64,000 bases of DNA from Eledone cirrhosa (lineage: Eukaryota), in assembly GCA_964016885.1 (NCBI GenBank), contig OZ024757.1:43772001-43836000 (forward strand), written 5' to 3'. The position numbers and the translations under genes were made by a program. Numbering within the stretch: position 1 is the first letter of the stretch; the number at the start of each line of letters is the position of its first letter. Positions 63,501 through 64,000 of this stretch are shown here, in pieces. A model generated the notes under the pieces. The model did no database searches, was not told the origin of the DNA, and saw only the letters and a program-made list of their open reading frames with translations.

Positions 63501-64000
63501 TGATGCGCATGAAAGACGACAGCTGTATAAAAATGTGCAGGGCAATAAAAATAAACGGTAGCCACGGAGTAGGCAGACCCAGAAAAACCTGGGACGACTT
63601 GATAAATTCCGACCTCACACACTTACACCTCTCCAAGACAATGTCACTGGACCGAGTTCTTTGGCGCTACACAGTAATAGAGAAGACCCGCCTTACCTAA
63701 GTACAAAGTGAAACCTACTACAGTCAGTAGGCACCTCTAACAAAATACACCCCCGTCCCATTACCCCCACTCCATCCACACCACCCTTTCAATGTAAAGT
63801 TATGTTGGTACCACAACATCCAGCCCGAAACAAATGAGGTCGTGTAGGTGTCACGACAAAAGCACACACAGTCCACGCTGTAATGTGGGCGTGTAGGTAA
63901 CACGGTAAAAACCTCCCAGTTCCACACTGTAAATGTGGTTGGTGTTAGGAAGGGCATCCAACCGTAGAAAACCCGCCAGACAGTCCTATGCGAGCAAGAC
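60561..64000 (+). mobile_element. Near-full-length RTE LINE (family B), inactivated; 3' UTR runs off window
   Basis: ATG 60621; [32 protein letters not shown], stop 63698-63700; stops at 61286, 62530, 62809, 63326 and several frameshifts. Confidence 0.95.

Overview
Eukaryotic, AT-rich, microsatellite-laden DNA made almost entirely of transposon-derived sequence; I see no host protein-coding gene. The SINE and RTE families look like those of coleoid cephalopods (Octopus-like), which is an inference from remembered motifs. Positions 1-~50078 are a head-to-tail array of a ~5.85-5.92 kb composite unit (U1 258-6177, U2 6178-15989 disrupted, U3 15990-21883, U4 21884-27800, U5 27801-33651, U6 33652-39525, U7 39526-48252 with an insertion, U8 48253-~50078 partial, plus the tail of U0 at 1-257). 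Each unit holds an old RTE 3' relic, an RTE RT scrap, a tRNA/CORE-type SINE with an RTE tail, a (TACA)-type microsatellite, a 5'+3' bipartite RTE piece, a 72-nt palindrome between direct repeats, a tRNA-like A/B-box sequence, and a ~2 kb GC-rich dead CRE-like non-LTR retrotransposon (RT, CCHC knuckle, restriction-like endonuclease). U2 has ~1.1 kb replaced by a 5 kb foreign block (minisatellite, RTE, foldback element). U7 carries a young RTE insertion with an unbroken ~918-codon frame. Right of the array lie a Helitron-like scrap, a Tc1/mariner-type MITE, a CR1-like LINE and several RTE copies, including a near-full-length one preceded by the same SINE+microsatellite arrangement as the array unit. 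Most notable: the TE-built macrosatellite itself, a PHD finger inside the RTE RT, covarying tandem pseudoknot-like motifs in RTE/SINE 3' UTRs, and several dsRNA-capable inverted structures.
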